Origin: Saprolegnia diclina VS20
Taxonomy: Eukaryota
Assembly: GCF_000281045.1 (NCBI RefSeq)
Contig: NW_008246186.1
Coordinates: forward strand, 71,460-118,353
Reading direction: 5' to 3'
DNA length: 46,894 nucleotides
Shown: piece after piece, positions 33,886 through 44,521 of the stretch
Position numbering within the stretch: position 1 is the first letter of the stretch
How the letters are laid out: each line of letters starts with the position of its first letter
Notes under the pieces: generated by a model
Databases searched by the model: none
Told to the model about the DNA's origin: nothing
The model's input: only the letters and a program-made list of their open reading frames with translations
Translations under genes and position numbers: made by a program

Positions 33886-35426
33886 GATATTAGAAGATGA
33901 CGTAGTTTAGTTAATTAGTCGTAGCAATAGCAACCATTTAGTCCCCATGTCGTCGGCGCTTTAGCACATCTTCAATGGCGCGAAGGCATCCACGTCGTGC
34001 GAAATGTCGGCGTCGCTGAGCGCGGCAACGAGCGTCGTCGCAGCCGTCGTGAGACGTGCGAGGGAAAAGACAGGCGCGCGTGTGTCGTCGCTCGCGCTCA
34101 TCCGGATACAGCCGCTTGCCTTATTGCTCGAAAAATATGTCGAGCATTTGCTTTCTAATGTTTTAGATAGTGCTCGTTTCAGATAGCGGGTTGGCTCGGA
34201 GCTAGCGCTATGGAGGCGCGGCGTTTGAAGGTCTGCGCAGTCATTGACGCGCAGAGCATTTATAAGAGATTTTGAGCACGGGCTTCCAGCAATGGTCGCC
34301 CAGGAGGTCGCCTCTGCCTCTACAGGGAGTGCCTGCTGACTCTGTCGGAATAAAACACACCACCATGAATCGCAACCACATAGTACAAAGACAGGAACTA
34401 GGGGCGGTTGGAAATAAGCTCGACCCTTCACCAACACGATTCAAAAGTGCTGTGGAGTCGAATCATAAGTTCGAGGTCCGAAAGTGAGTCGGTGATGCAA
34501 TTCCCGCTGTTCTATTTCAACTTCAACGTCCGAATCAGATTTTTGGCGCCCAAATCACGTCGGGACCACGAGCCCACATTGGCGCGGTATTTGTTGTTGT
34601 TCCAATGAGTTATTACATGCAATTATAAAGATATGGTGGAGTTCCTAATGCGCTCGCGATGCGTGGCCGATGCGTCAAGCGAGGAGCGTTGGGGATCGTG
34701 ATATGGGATTGTGCGAGGGACAAGGAAGCGCACACACCAAGGGTCATCTTGAAGGGCGTTGAGCGACTCGTCAAGCGAAGGCACTTCAGCGCGACGAGCC
34801 AATTGCAGGACATGCAGTCGTGTGATAGTAGCTGGTAGCTGCCTTGACCGCGAGCGCTTGGCGCGATATTTGTAGCTCAGCTACGTATACTGTAGCCCAG
34901 GAATGGCTCCCATGCTGCATACTATGGTGATAGAAGCGACGGGTGCTTCGTGTCCCAAGAGAAAAAATGCCGAGCTAGTCTGCTGCGTCTGTCAATGCGG
35001 ACAGGCCGTGCACCCAAGAGATCCAAAAGAAGCGCATGCCACTAGCGACGTCGTGGTCAACTGCTGTAAATGCAACTTGGCTACCTGTCGTCGGTCGGTG
35101 GTATCTTTCTTTGCTGTCTTGAAGCACTGCTATGGGACATCCTCCACATCCTCGCGTGCGGTATGCCAAGAGCCCACGTTGCGCGACGATATCAGAGGGC
35201 GATCACTTCAATTCTGTACGAGACCGTGCTTACCAAACTTCCGCGGCAGCCCTCTCTTGGGTGCAGTCAACGCTCCAGCCTCAGTGCGGCCATATCAATT
35301 CGTGTTTATGCGATGTCCTTTCTCGCCGTACCAAGATCTGTCGGCTCTTGCTTTTCTGTAGTTCACTGCAGTCGACAGCATGCAGGACGTGCGCAATAAG
35401 ATATAAATATACAATTGAAGAGCATA

Positions 35427-36272
35427 TTAGAACCCGAAATCAACTAGCTCCATATCGACCGTCTCTGTAAAGAGCCATGTCGGGTCAAGGAACGAAAGCT
35501 CGTCGTCTGTATCGTCGTCCTGCACGAGGCTGTTGAGGATAGCAGTGTCGAGCTCCGTCATCGCAACCTCAAATGTCCCAACCTCGGGGGTACTAGTACC
35601 CCATGCCATATTGCACTTGGTGGGTGGCGAGAGTCGGCCGCGTCCGTGGCGGCAGCAAAGGCCGCCCGACCGTGCGTGACTAGTACACTCCTCGACGGAG
35701 CATTTGCGGCCGCCTCCGTGGCGCACACACATGCGACGAGCATGTGCGCGGCGTGTGCAGTCGGGGAACGTGCACTGCTTCTTTGTACTCCCGAACCGGA
35801 ACGCGGCGAAGCCATTCGCGCTGGGCCAGCGCGCGGCCGGCGAGATGGTCATGTCCATCTTGGCGTCGAGCTGGTGCGGCGGCGTCAAGGGCATCATGAG
35901 GATCGCGTGGCGGCTGCAATAGCCCTTGTGGCGCGCGTGCGAGGGACACTCGGGGTGTGCGCAGCGTCGGCCACCGCCATGGCGCACACACTTTCCCCGG
36001 GCGTGGGCCATCTTGAGGCAGCCGTCTTCGTTGCAGTGGCGCTTGTGCGTTACGACACCGTGGAGAGAGCAGAATTTGCCGAGGCGCGCGTTGCGGTTGC
36101 AGTCGGGGAAGGCGCAGAGCTTCTTGCCGCCGTGGCGGACGCAGAGGCGGCGCGCGTACACTTGGTTGTGGCAGTCGTCGATGAGGCACTTGAGGCGGTG
36201 CTTGTGGAACTCGCACTTGGAGCTGTCGCTGAGCGCCGCGTTGCTGCAGTCATTGAAATAGCACGTGGTCAT
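35427..36272 (-). CDS. CVRHGGG-type zinc-finger repeat protein, paralog 10, seven fingers
   Basis: MTTCYFNDC...; five fingers, a spacer, then two more (CTFPDC...CVRHGGG, CSVEEC...CCRHG); tail LDTAILNSLV followed by an acidic end. Confidence 0.9.
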   Translation of the reverse strand: MTTCYFNDCSNAALSDSSKCEFHKHRLKCLIDDCHNQVYARRLCVRHGGKKLCAFPDCNRNARLGKFCSLHGVVTHKRHCNEDGCLKMAHARGKCVRHGGGRRCAHPECPSHARHKGYCSRHAILMMPLTPPHQLDAKMDMTISPAARWPSANGFAAFRFGSTKKQCTFPDCTRRAHARRMCVRHGGGRKCSVEECTSHARSGGLCCRHGRGRLSPPTKCNMAWGTSTPEVGTFEVAMTELDTAILNSLVQDDDTDDELSFLDPTWLFTETVDMELVDFGF

Positions 36273-38241
36273 CGTGGTTATATCGAGTGCGTGGCAAGAT
36301 GAAGAATGAAGAAAACGAGGTCGCGTTCGAGGGATGCCACCGGACGCCATTACTGCTGCACGAGTTGCACATCGCATTCTGCCCCCCGCCGTGACCACGC
36401 CACGTCGATGACCAACTTGCACGCGTTGAGGGAACCAGAGCCCGAGCGTACCACTCTATCCACGATGAGTCAACGGACAGGGCCACGGTACCCGGAAAGT
36501 CATAGCACCAATCCCGAGCTCTTTGGCCTCGTTCTTCCAGGCTAGCACAGGGCAACCGATATGGCGTGCACGTTCCCACCACAGCAGCGACTGCTCTGTA
36601 CGCTGATCCGTTCCTTGGTTCAAAGGTGGGGAAAAGATACCGCCGCGGACCTGATCCGTTCTGTACACTGCTGCAGCTGCACGTTACTACTGTGACCGTG
36701 GACGCCCGGTGCACCTCTGGTGGATACTCGTGGGATCGCGTCTTGCGGGCTTTTTTGCGGCATGGGCGTTTCCAATACGGTTGAGCGCTCCATGGCGTGA
36801 CCATGGCTCCGAATGGACTGGGTGGGTAACATAGCGCGGGCACGCTGCTTTGCCATATCATGTAGAAAAGCGGGTGCGCCTTTAAAGCTGCGTTTTGTAT
36901 TGTGTGCGAGAGGACTGAGCGTTTCCGTTGGTGCTAATGCCTGGGCTCGGCAATCTTGCATCGTTTGAACACGTCGAATATATCAGCAGCTTGATGTATG
37001 CTCGGAACATGGGCTTCGACCCATCCATTCCAGGCTGATGAGCATGCCCTCGAGTACCCGCGACCATTTTCTCTACATCGATTGACACACATACCGCAAT
37101 CACGACCATCTCACGTCAGTGTTGACACGATAATGCTGTGGGATTAGCACCGTTCGCCTGTCTGGCGTCCACCAAGTTGGGGAATCGACGCGCCGTCCTC
37201 ACGCGACCGGTTTGAATGATTGATCGTTTATGCAGAATTCATTGGCACCCAGCCTGGACGCATATCTTTATGAAGCACGTCGATGGCGACGGCACAGTAG
37301 CATCGCGTGGTTTGATGCCCAAACACGCGGCAGCAATATCCGAGCAAGCGACTGCAGTACCGGTGCAAGGTATGGCACGAAATGCCAGCACGAGGTGCGG
37401 AGCGATGACCACGGGATGCGGTGAGGTGCTCATAGGGGACCCCAGTTCGTTCTGAGAACTGGAAGTCACGGTATTGTAAACAACGCGACCCCAACGACTA
37501 AGAAATGAAACTCTGCACGATCTTTTGAGATGCGGAGCCAGTACGGAGCCGATGCACTAAAAATGTATAATGCACATCAGCGGCGTGCTCTGCAAAGCCT
37601 TGTCCGTACATCGAGCTGGAAATCTATATCTGTATTTTGCAAGCTCCAGACGATCAAAGTCGTCTGTCAACGCGGATGACTTTGGCGAAGACGAGGAGGC
37701 AAGGCATGTCGTCGAAAGATCGTTTGATGCTTTTGGATCAGACGAACGAGCCGTTGTAGGTCGCAAATTGAAGTTGCACCTCAGGCTGGACGCAACGTTT
37801 CGCAAACCCTCCAGATCAAAATCCCACCCGTGTGTCCGCCTTTCAACGATGCCAATCGAAAAGAAATGTGATACGGGTGGTAGCTACGGGTGGTGCTCTG
37901 GGCGGTGCAGCCTCGTTCGACTGCTGTTGATGCGACAAAAACTCGCCACCTTGCTTTACGATCCATGACACCCCGCATTACAGTACCCCACGTTGCCAAG
38001 ACACAAAAGATACCAAGGAACACCCGGACCGACTATGTATGGAGCAGCGAGTGCCTTCTGCGAGACGCCGAAAGCACCCATTGAGGGGCGCCGGCAAGGG
38101 TTGAAAAAAATTGCGCCAACGAGCTCTCTCGATGACACAAGATTCTTCCACGGCAACACCCTCCTCAATATAAAAGCGTTGTTTTCTCTATTGACAGCCA
38201 GTCGTGAATCACGTCATTGCAGTGCGCAAAAATTATACGCT

Positions 38242-38314
38242 CTCCCAATGCGGGGCTCGAACCCGCGACCACAGGATTAAAAGTCCTGCGCTCTACCAAC
38301 TGAGCTAATCGGGA
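38242..38314 (-). tRNA. tRNA-Lys (anticodon UUU)
   Basis: Minus strand TCCCGATTAGCTCAGTTGGTAGAGCGCAGGACTTTTAATCCTGTGGTCGCGGGTTCGAGCCCCGCATTGGGAG, 73 nt. Cloverleaf with anticodon stem CAGGA/TCCTG, loop CTTTTAA and GTTCGA T-loop. A T5 Pol III terminator lies about 10 nt downstream (38228-38232). Confidence 0.97.
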
Positions 38315-38433
38315 TTTCTGACCCCGAACAATTTAAAATATTATGACCAGTTTTTGACCGTCTGATCCTTTAGTGAAGTCAGAATTCACCAAGTTTGGTG
38401 CGTTACACACCAATGCTCGGGTCTGGGGATATA

Positions 38434-39193
38434 NNNNNNNNNNNNNNNNNNNNNNNNNNNNNNNNNNNNNNNNNNNNNNNNNNNNNNNNNNNNNNNNNNN
38501 NNNNNNNNNNNNNNNNNNNNNNNNNNNNNNNNNNNNNNNNNNNNNNNNNNNNNNNNNNNNNNNNNNNNNNNNNNNNNNNNNNNNNNNNNNNNNNNNNNNN
38601 NNNNNNNNNNNNNNNNNNNNNNNNNNNNNNNNNNNNNNNNNNNNNNNNNNNNNNNNNNNNNNNNNNNNNNNNNNNNNNNNNNNNNNNNNNNNNNNNNNNN
38701 NNNNNNNNNNNNNNNNNNNNNNNNNNNNNNNNNNNNNNNNNNNNNNNNNNNNNNNNNNNNNNNNNNNNNNNNNNNNNNNNNNNNNNNNNNNNNNNNNNNN
38801 NNNNNNNNNNNNNNNNNNNNNNNNNNNNNNNNNNNNNNNNNNNNNNNNNNNNNNNNNNNNNNNNNNNNNNNNNNNNNNNNNNNNNNNNNNNNNNNNNNNN
38901 NNNNNNNNNNNNNNNNNNNNNNNNNNNNNNNNNNNNNNNNNNNNNNNNNNNNNNNNNNNNNNNNNNNNNNNNNNNNNNNNNNNNNNNNNNNNNNNNNNNN
39001 NNNNNNNNNNNNNNNNNNNNNNNNNNNNNNNNNNNNNNNNNNNNNNNNNNNNNNNNNNNNNNNNNNNNNNNNNNNNNNNNNNNNNNNNNNNNNNNNNNNN
39101 NNNNNNNNNNNNNNNNNNNNNNNNNNNNNNNNNNNNNNNNNNNNNNNNNNNNNNNNNNNNNNNNNNNNNNNNNNNNNNNNNNNNNNNNNNNNN
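38434..39193. other. Assembly gap (N run)
   Basis: 760 consecutive N. Confidence 1.
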
Positions 39194-39604
39194 GCTCCTC
39201 GCTCAACACGAGTGGCCGCGCCAGCACCTTGTCCCGCGGATCGCGCTCCTGCCTCCGCCGGCCTAGATCAAGATCATCACCAGCGCCTACACAACGAAGA
39301 AAGTCCGACTATTTTATTTAGCGTAGATTTACGTATCTATTTTAACCCTTCAACGCCCATTAATAGACGACCCACTTCAACAACAACGATATGGACTGAT
39401 TGGCGCTAAAACATATGGTTATCAAGGAGATTTAGTGTTTTGTCAGCAGGCGATACACGAGCCTTTCAATTGTGAATGTTAATGACATTTATGTACACGT
39501 GCCGGCCCGGAGCTTGTAGAACTGGGGTGTAAGCGCAGTCGAGATAGAGTGTATTTGCTTTCATGGTACATGTAGTCGCTAAAACGCAATCCACAGGGTA
39601 TTAT

Positions 39605-39699
39605 CAAGGGTATACCCTTGGTATTATCGAGGTCGCACGGAACTCTTTGAAGCCATCGTTATCGTCCATGGGAGTCTCTAGTCTATAGTAGAGACTCCC
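39605..39699. repeat. Pair of palindromes
   Basis: Perfect 16-bp palindrome CAAGGGTATACCCTTG (39605-39620) and an 11-bp stem GGGAGTCTCTA-gtctatag-TAGAGACTCCC (39670-39699). Confidence 0.85.
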
Positions 39700-40519
39700 T
39701 GGAAGAATCGCACCCCCAAAAGAATTGGACCGAACTACGTGTGCTTCAGAAAATGCGACGCATCTTGCAGCGAGCTGCATCGAAGGACTGGACCTTGCCA
39801 GTTGACAGATTCAGAGTGACACCAGCCCTCGACGGAAGCGGCGTGTTTGCTCTTGTAGTCAAAAAGAACCAATGCGAGGGGCGGTGCAGTATAGAAAAGA
39901 GTTGGGCGCCATCGGTTTGCATGTATCGAACTCGCAGCGAGGAGCTGTTAACCTCGTGCGGTGCTTGCATCATGGAAGCACTGCCATGAACCCAATATGT
40001 CATGTTGCGCGAGGAAACATCAAGTTTGTAGAATATGGCGGCTGTAGGAGCCACCCACTGCGAATATGCTTGCAGGGTCGACCATTTTGCTGCGCGTTCA
40101 CCGAGCACCTGCCATGCACGTCGCAAGGTTGACGCCGGCGCAAGGCGCTCTCATTTGCTCGTGATCGAGGCTCGAGGTCTCTTCATGCAGTGCTACTGCA
40201 ACCGCAATGTTGCCCTTCGGAGGCCGAATCATCGCATCGAACCTCAAAGCGGCTCGCCCGTCGCATCCGCGTGCGTGGCGTCCACACCTACAAACTTTCA
40301 GTTTAGTCGTACATTCGTGTACGGCATCGTACAACGCCGTAAACATTTTAATGCACCGTTCTCTGTCGGTTTGTATGCCACTAAAATAGCACCGAATCAT
40401 CCGAATCAGATGTTTGAAATTGCCTTTCGTTCTCGCACCGAGTTATCAGAAGCGTTCGGGCAACTGAACGCGATGGCGCGGAACCGAACTGGATGATCAT
40501 GACCATTTGTCTTTGATCC

Positions 40520-43500
40520 ATGCACCGCAGCATCGACCACGAGGTGCTCTCGTCGCTCTATGCGAGCCGGAAGCGGTACACGGCGACGGGCGACGAGGAC
40601 GTCCGGCCGAGCCTCGTGAGCGCGGTCCTGCAGTCGCAATACCCCGACAGCCGACGCCACCGACACAGCGCCCACCTCTCAACAAATGCGCTCCGCACCA
40701 ACAAGTCGTGGAACTTTCTCGAGTCCTCCAAGCAGCTGCACAGTCCACTTGACGAAGCCTCGGTGGTTGCCAAGCTCACATTGGCATGGCTCAACCCGCT
40801 CTTCAAACAAGGCGCCACCGAGCCCTTGGACGCCGACGACGTGCCGTCGCTGCGCGCCAAAGACAGCATCGCGCTTCTTCACAAGCGCTTTCAAGCGCGC
40901 TGGATCCCCGAGCAGCAGTCGAACGCACCGCGTCTGTTTCGAGCGCTGCTATGGACGCTGGCACCCGAGCTCGCCCGTGCATTTGGCTGCCACGCGCTCT
41001 ACCTCGTCATCAACCTCGTGATTCCGACAATGATCAAGGGCATTGTGTCGTACCTCTCGAGCGGTGTCAACCCTGTCACGAATGCGCCCGAGCAGCCGCT
41101 GGAGGCCGGTCTTGTCTACGCCTTTGGCCTTGCGGTCCTCTCGTTCCTGGGTGTCACGGTTCTCGGCTTCGCGTGGTCCGTCAACATTGAGCTCAGCAAC
41201 TGCGCGCGGTCAATCGCCATGGACCAAGTGTACTTGAAGGCTGTCTCGGCGCCGACGGCCGCGACGACCACGTACACGTCGGGTGACGTCATCACGCTGG
41301 CCAACATTGACAGCGAGCGGCTCTTCCATGGGCTCACGTGCATCTGTTACGTGCTGCTTTCACCGCTGGCGCTGCTTGCGATTTTTGTGCTCATTGGCTT
41401 TGAGATGGGACCCATTGTCGCGGTCACAGGCGCTTGCACGATGCTGGGCTTCCTCCTCTCGGCGTTTGGCCTCTCGTACGCCTTGTCGGCGGCGCGGGAG
41501 CGCCTCGTGGACGCGACTGCGCGGCGCCTCTCGCGCACGCAAGAGCTTCTCCAGAGCATTCGGACCATCAAGCTCGGCGCATACGAATCCATCTTGCTGG
41601 ACACGGTGTTCCAGCTGCGCGCGATCGAGCTCCGGTGCATCGGGTGGTTCCAGCTCCTCTGCAACGTCAACATCGACGTCTTTGTGCTGGCGCCCGTCTT
41701 TACGACCGTGGCCATGTTCGCCGTCGCCGACACAGCCGACGTCTCGGCCGGTGCTGCCTTTTCTGTCGTCAGTCTCATGGTCGTCGCGCGCTTCCCGTGC
41801 AACATCTTCTCATCGGCCGTGCGGTATGCCTCCGAAGCCATCGTCAGCTGCGACCGCATCCAAACATACCTTTTGGCGCCGGCGCCGAGCCGATCAAGTG
41901 CCGTCAACTCGAAAAATGATTGGATTGCACTGACACAAGCGAGCTTTGCGTGGTGTCCACCGACCGATGCGACGCCGCAGCCCTCGGCGAGTGGGCCAAC
42001 GACGCCCGGTCTCGCCGCGCCGCTCCCAATTGCGTCGCCCCACGCGACGTCGCAGCCGCTTCTGCAAAACATTACGTTTTGCCTTCCGCGCACCGAGATG
42101 GAGTCCTTTACAGTTGTCGTCGGACCCGTCGGCAGCGGCAAGTCGAGCTTCCTCCGCGCCCTGCTCGGCGACATGTGGCCGCGGCCTGCAATCACTGCCA
42201 ACATGGCATACGCGAGCCAAGAACCGTGGCTCTTCGACGACACAGTGCGCAACAACGTTCTACTGCACCGTCCGTACGTACCGAGCCTCTACCGACGCGT
42301 GCTTTCTGTCACCGGGCTCACCCTCGACACGGCAGCGATGGCGTCGGGCGACTTGACCATGGTCGGTGAGCGTGGCGCGGCGCTCAGCGGTGGCCAGCGC
42401 GCCCGTATAAACCTCGCGCGTGCTTTGTATCAAGTTGATAGTGCTGACATCTTCTTGCTCGACGATCCGCTCAGCGCGCTCGATCTCCATGTCGCGTCGC
42501 ACGTCTTTCAAGAAGTCAAAAAGTTTTTACGCGGCAAGCAAGTGCTCATGGTCATGAACGCTCACCACCACTTGCTCGTGCATGCGACGCGCGTCATCAC
42601 GCTCACGGTCGGCACGATCGTCGGGGACGAGTCCCCAGCCCGCCGGACGACTTTGTGCAAGCAAGAAGACGCGGACTCTCCGCATGACGACGGCGACGAC
42701 GGCGGCGACGACGATGGCTTTGTGGTGCTGCCAGCCATGGACACCATTGCGTCGTCGGTGGTCGAGCTGTCACACCACGACACGCCAGCTGTGCTCGACA
42801 CAACGACCAGCTCTTCTGCTTCCGACGACGAGGCGCCTCCAATCGGCACGACGTACTTGGCCTACCTCGGTGCGTCGGGCGCAGCCCCGTGGCTCGTGCT
42901 TCTGACGCTCGTTGCGCTCTACACTGTCTACCAAGTTGCGTACTACATCACGGACTGGTACCTCGACACGGCCGTCGCCGCGGGCAAAGGAAGCATGGGG
43001 ATGTACGCGGGCTTGGCGCTCGCGACCGTCGTTGCGAGCTGTCTCAAGGATATGTTTGTCATCTTGGTCTCGCTGCGCTGCTCGGCCAGCGTGCACGCCA
43101 AGGCCCTCACGCGCGTCGTCGGTGCGTCCGTGCCGGCATTCTTTGATACGACGGCGCTTGGCGACATTCTCAACCGGTTCTCGACCGACCTCGCCGCAAT
43201 GGACACGGACTTGCCGTACTTTACGTACCAGTTTGCGACCGACGCGTTCCATACAGCGTGTATCGTCTTGGTGGTGTGCTACTACACGCCGCTGCTCATT
43301 GCGCTCTTTCTCCCGCTCGGGTACCTCTTTGTGTCGTACCAAATGTACAACTTGCTCTCGGCGACGGCGTTAAAAGGCCTCGACCTAGCGTCGCGCGCGC
43401 CGCTCGTGACCAACTTGAGCGAAACCCTTGACGGCCGCGCGACGATCCAAGCTGCGCACGTCGAGAAGGCGTTTGTCGAGAAACACCGCGTCTTGGTCGA

Positions 43501-44521
43501 CGCCAACGCGGCGTGCTATGGCATCTATTGGCTCGCGGGCACCTGGCTCGAAATCCGCCTCGGCTGGCTCAGCGCGCTCGTCGTCTCGGCCGTCGCGATT
43601 GTTATTGTGTGCTTGCGTGCGTCCATGGATGCGCACATCGCCGGTCTTGTCCTAGTCTACGTCATGAGTCTCTCGGCCAATGTCCAAGAAGTGCTCCGCG
43701 TCATGGGCTATGTGCAGACGTACACGACGTCGGTTGCGCGCCTCTTTGCCTACCATTCGCTGCCGGCCGAAGTCGACTTGGTCGCGGCGGCGGCGGCGCC
43801 GTGGCCCTCCCATGGACGCATCTGCTTTGACCAGTACAGCATGCGCTACCAGCCTCATCTACCGCTCGTGCTCTCCAACATTAGCCTCGTCATCCAGGGA
43901 GGCGAAAAGGTCGGTATTTGTGGCCGGACGGGTTCGGGGAAAAGCTCGCTCCTCTCGGCACTGATGCGACTCGTGCCGGGTGACGCAGGCTCCATCACGA
44001 TCGACGGCGTCGACGTCACGACCGTGCCGCTCACGACGCTCCGATCGCGCATCACGGTGATTCCGCAGAGTCCTGTTCTTTTTGCGGGCTCGCTCCGCAC
44101 CAACTTGGATCCAACGGGCGAAGCAACCAACGAGGCGCTGACCGCGGTTTTGGGCCAGATCCATTTGGGTCACCTCGGGCTCGACTTTGTCATCGAGAAC
44201 GGTGGCAACAACGTCTCGGTCGGGCAGCGCCAGCTCGTGTGCTTTGGGCGTGCGCTCCTGCGCCAGAGCCGCATCGTGATCCTAGACGAAGCAACCGCGT
44301 TTGTTGACGCCGAGATGGAGGGCATCCTCCAGGAGATGCTCGCCAAGTGCTTTCGCCACACGACGATGCTCACGATCGCCCATCGGCTCCAAACGATCAT
44401 CGACAGCAGCGACAAGGTGCTCGTGCTCGACGCCGGCGCCGTGCTCGAATTTGACGCGCCGACGACACTGCTCCGCGACGCCACCAGCGCGTTCTACCAG
44501 CTCGTCCAAGCCACGTCCTAG
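40520..44521 (+). CDS. ABC transporter subfamily C (MRP-like, short form without TMD0), intronless
   Basis: 1333-aa ORF. L0 lasso motif (PLDEAS...LTLAWLNPL), TMD1, NBD1 (GPVGSGKSS, LSGGQRARINLARA, FLLDDPLSALD), TMD2 (FFDTTALGDILNRFSTD), NBD2 (GRTGSGKSS, VSVGQRQL, ILDEATA, IAHRL). Confidence 0.96.
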   Translation: MHRSIDHEVLSSLYASRKRYTATGDEDVRPSLVSAVLQSQYPDSRRHRHSAHLSTNALRTNKSWNFLESSKQLHSPLDEASVVAKLTLAWLNPLFKQGATEPLDADDVPSLRAKDSIALLHKRFQARWIPEQQSNAPRLFRALLWTLAPELARAFGCHALYLVINLVIPTMIKGIVSYLSSGVNPVTNAPEQPLEAGLVYAFGLAVLSFLGVTVLGFAWSVNIELSNCARSIAMDQVYLKAVSAPTAATTTYTSGDVITLANIDSERLFHGLTCICYVLLSPLALLAIFVLIGFEMGPIVAVTGACTMLGFLLSAFGLSYALSAARERLVDATARRLSRTQELLQSIRTIKLGAYESILLDTVFQLRAIELRCIGWFQLLCNVNIDVFVLAPVFTTVAMFAVADTADVSAGAAFSVVSLMVVARFPCNIFSSAVRYASEAIVSCDRIQTYLLAPAPSRSSAVNSKNDWIALTQASFAWCPPTDATPQPSASGPTTPGLAAPLPIASPHATSQPLLQNITFCLPRTEMESFTVVVGPVGSGKSSFLRALLGDMWPRPAITANMAYASQEPWLFDDTVRNNVLLHRPYVPSLYRRVLSVTGLTLDTAAMASGDLTMVGERGAALSGGQRARINLARALYQVDSADIFLLDDPLSALDLHVASHVFQEVKKFLRGKQVLMVMNAHHHLLVHATRVITLTVGTIVGDESPARRTTLCKQEDADSPHDDGDDGGDDDGFVVLPAMDTIASSVVELSHHDTPAVLDTTTSSSASDDEAPPIGTTYLAYLGASGAAPWLVLLTLVALYTVYQVAYYITDWYLDTAVAAGKGSMGMYAGLALATVVASCLKDMFVILVSLRCSASVHAKALTRVVGASVPAFFDTTALGDILNRFSTDLAAMDTDLPYFTYQFATDAFHTACIVLVVCYYTPLLIALFLPLGYLFVSYQMYNLLSATALKGLDLASRAPLVTNLSETLDGRATIQAAHVEKAFVEKHRVLVDANAACYGIYWLAGTWLEIRLGWLSALVVSAVAIVIVCLRASMDAHIAGLVLVYVMSLSANVQEVLRVMGYVQTYTTSVARLFAYHSLPAEVDLVAAAAAPWPSHGRICFDQYSMRYQPHLPLVLSNISLVIQGGEKVGICGRTGSGKSSLLSALMRLVPGDAGSITIDGVDVTTVPLTTLRSRITVIPQSPVLFAGSLRTNLDPTGEATNEALTAVLGQIHLGHLGLDFVIENGGNNVSVGQRQLVCFGRALLRQSRIVILDEATAFVDAEMEGILQEMLAKCFRHTTMLTIAHRLQTIIDSSDKVLVLDAGAVLEFDAPTTLLRDATSAFYQLVQATS

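Noticed and set aside
33961..34437. Minus-strand ORF ending ...DISHDVDAFAPLKMC convergent with paralog 9
   Set aside because: Only the last ~45 codons look coding; no supported start, splice chain or homology.
17361..36422. Upstream extensions of the finger ORFs given in the ORF track (e.g. 17361, 19227, 27900, 29300, 36422)
   Set aside because: They mostly use non-ATG starts, are not conserved between paralogs, and run through the INR motifs. The Met just before finger 1 is preferred.
32146..39321. ORFs spanning N runs
   Set aside because: Artefacts of translating assembly gaps.
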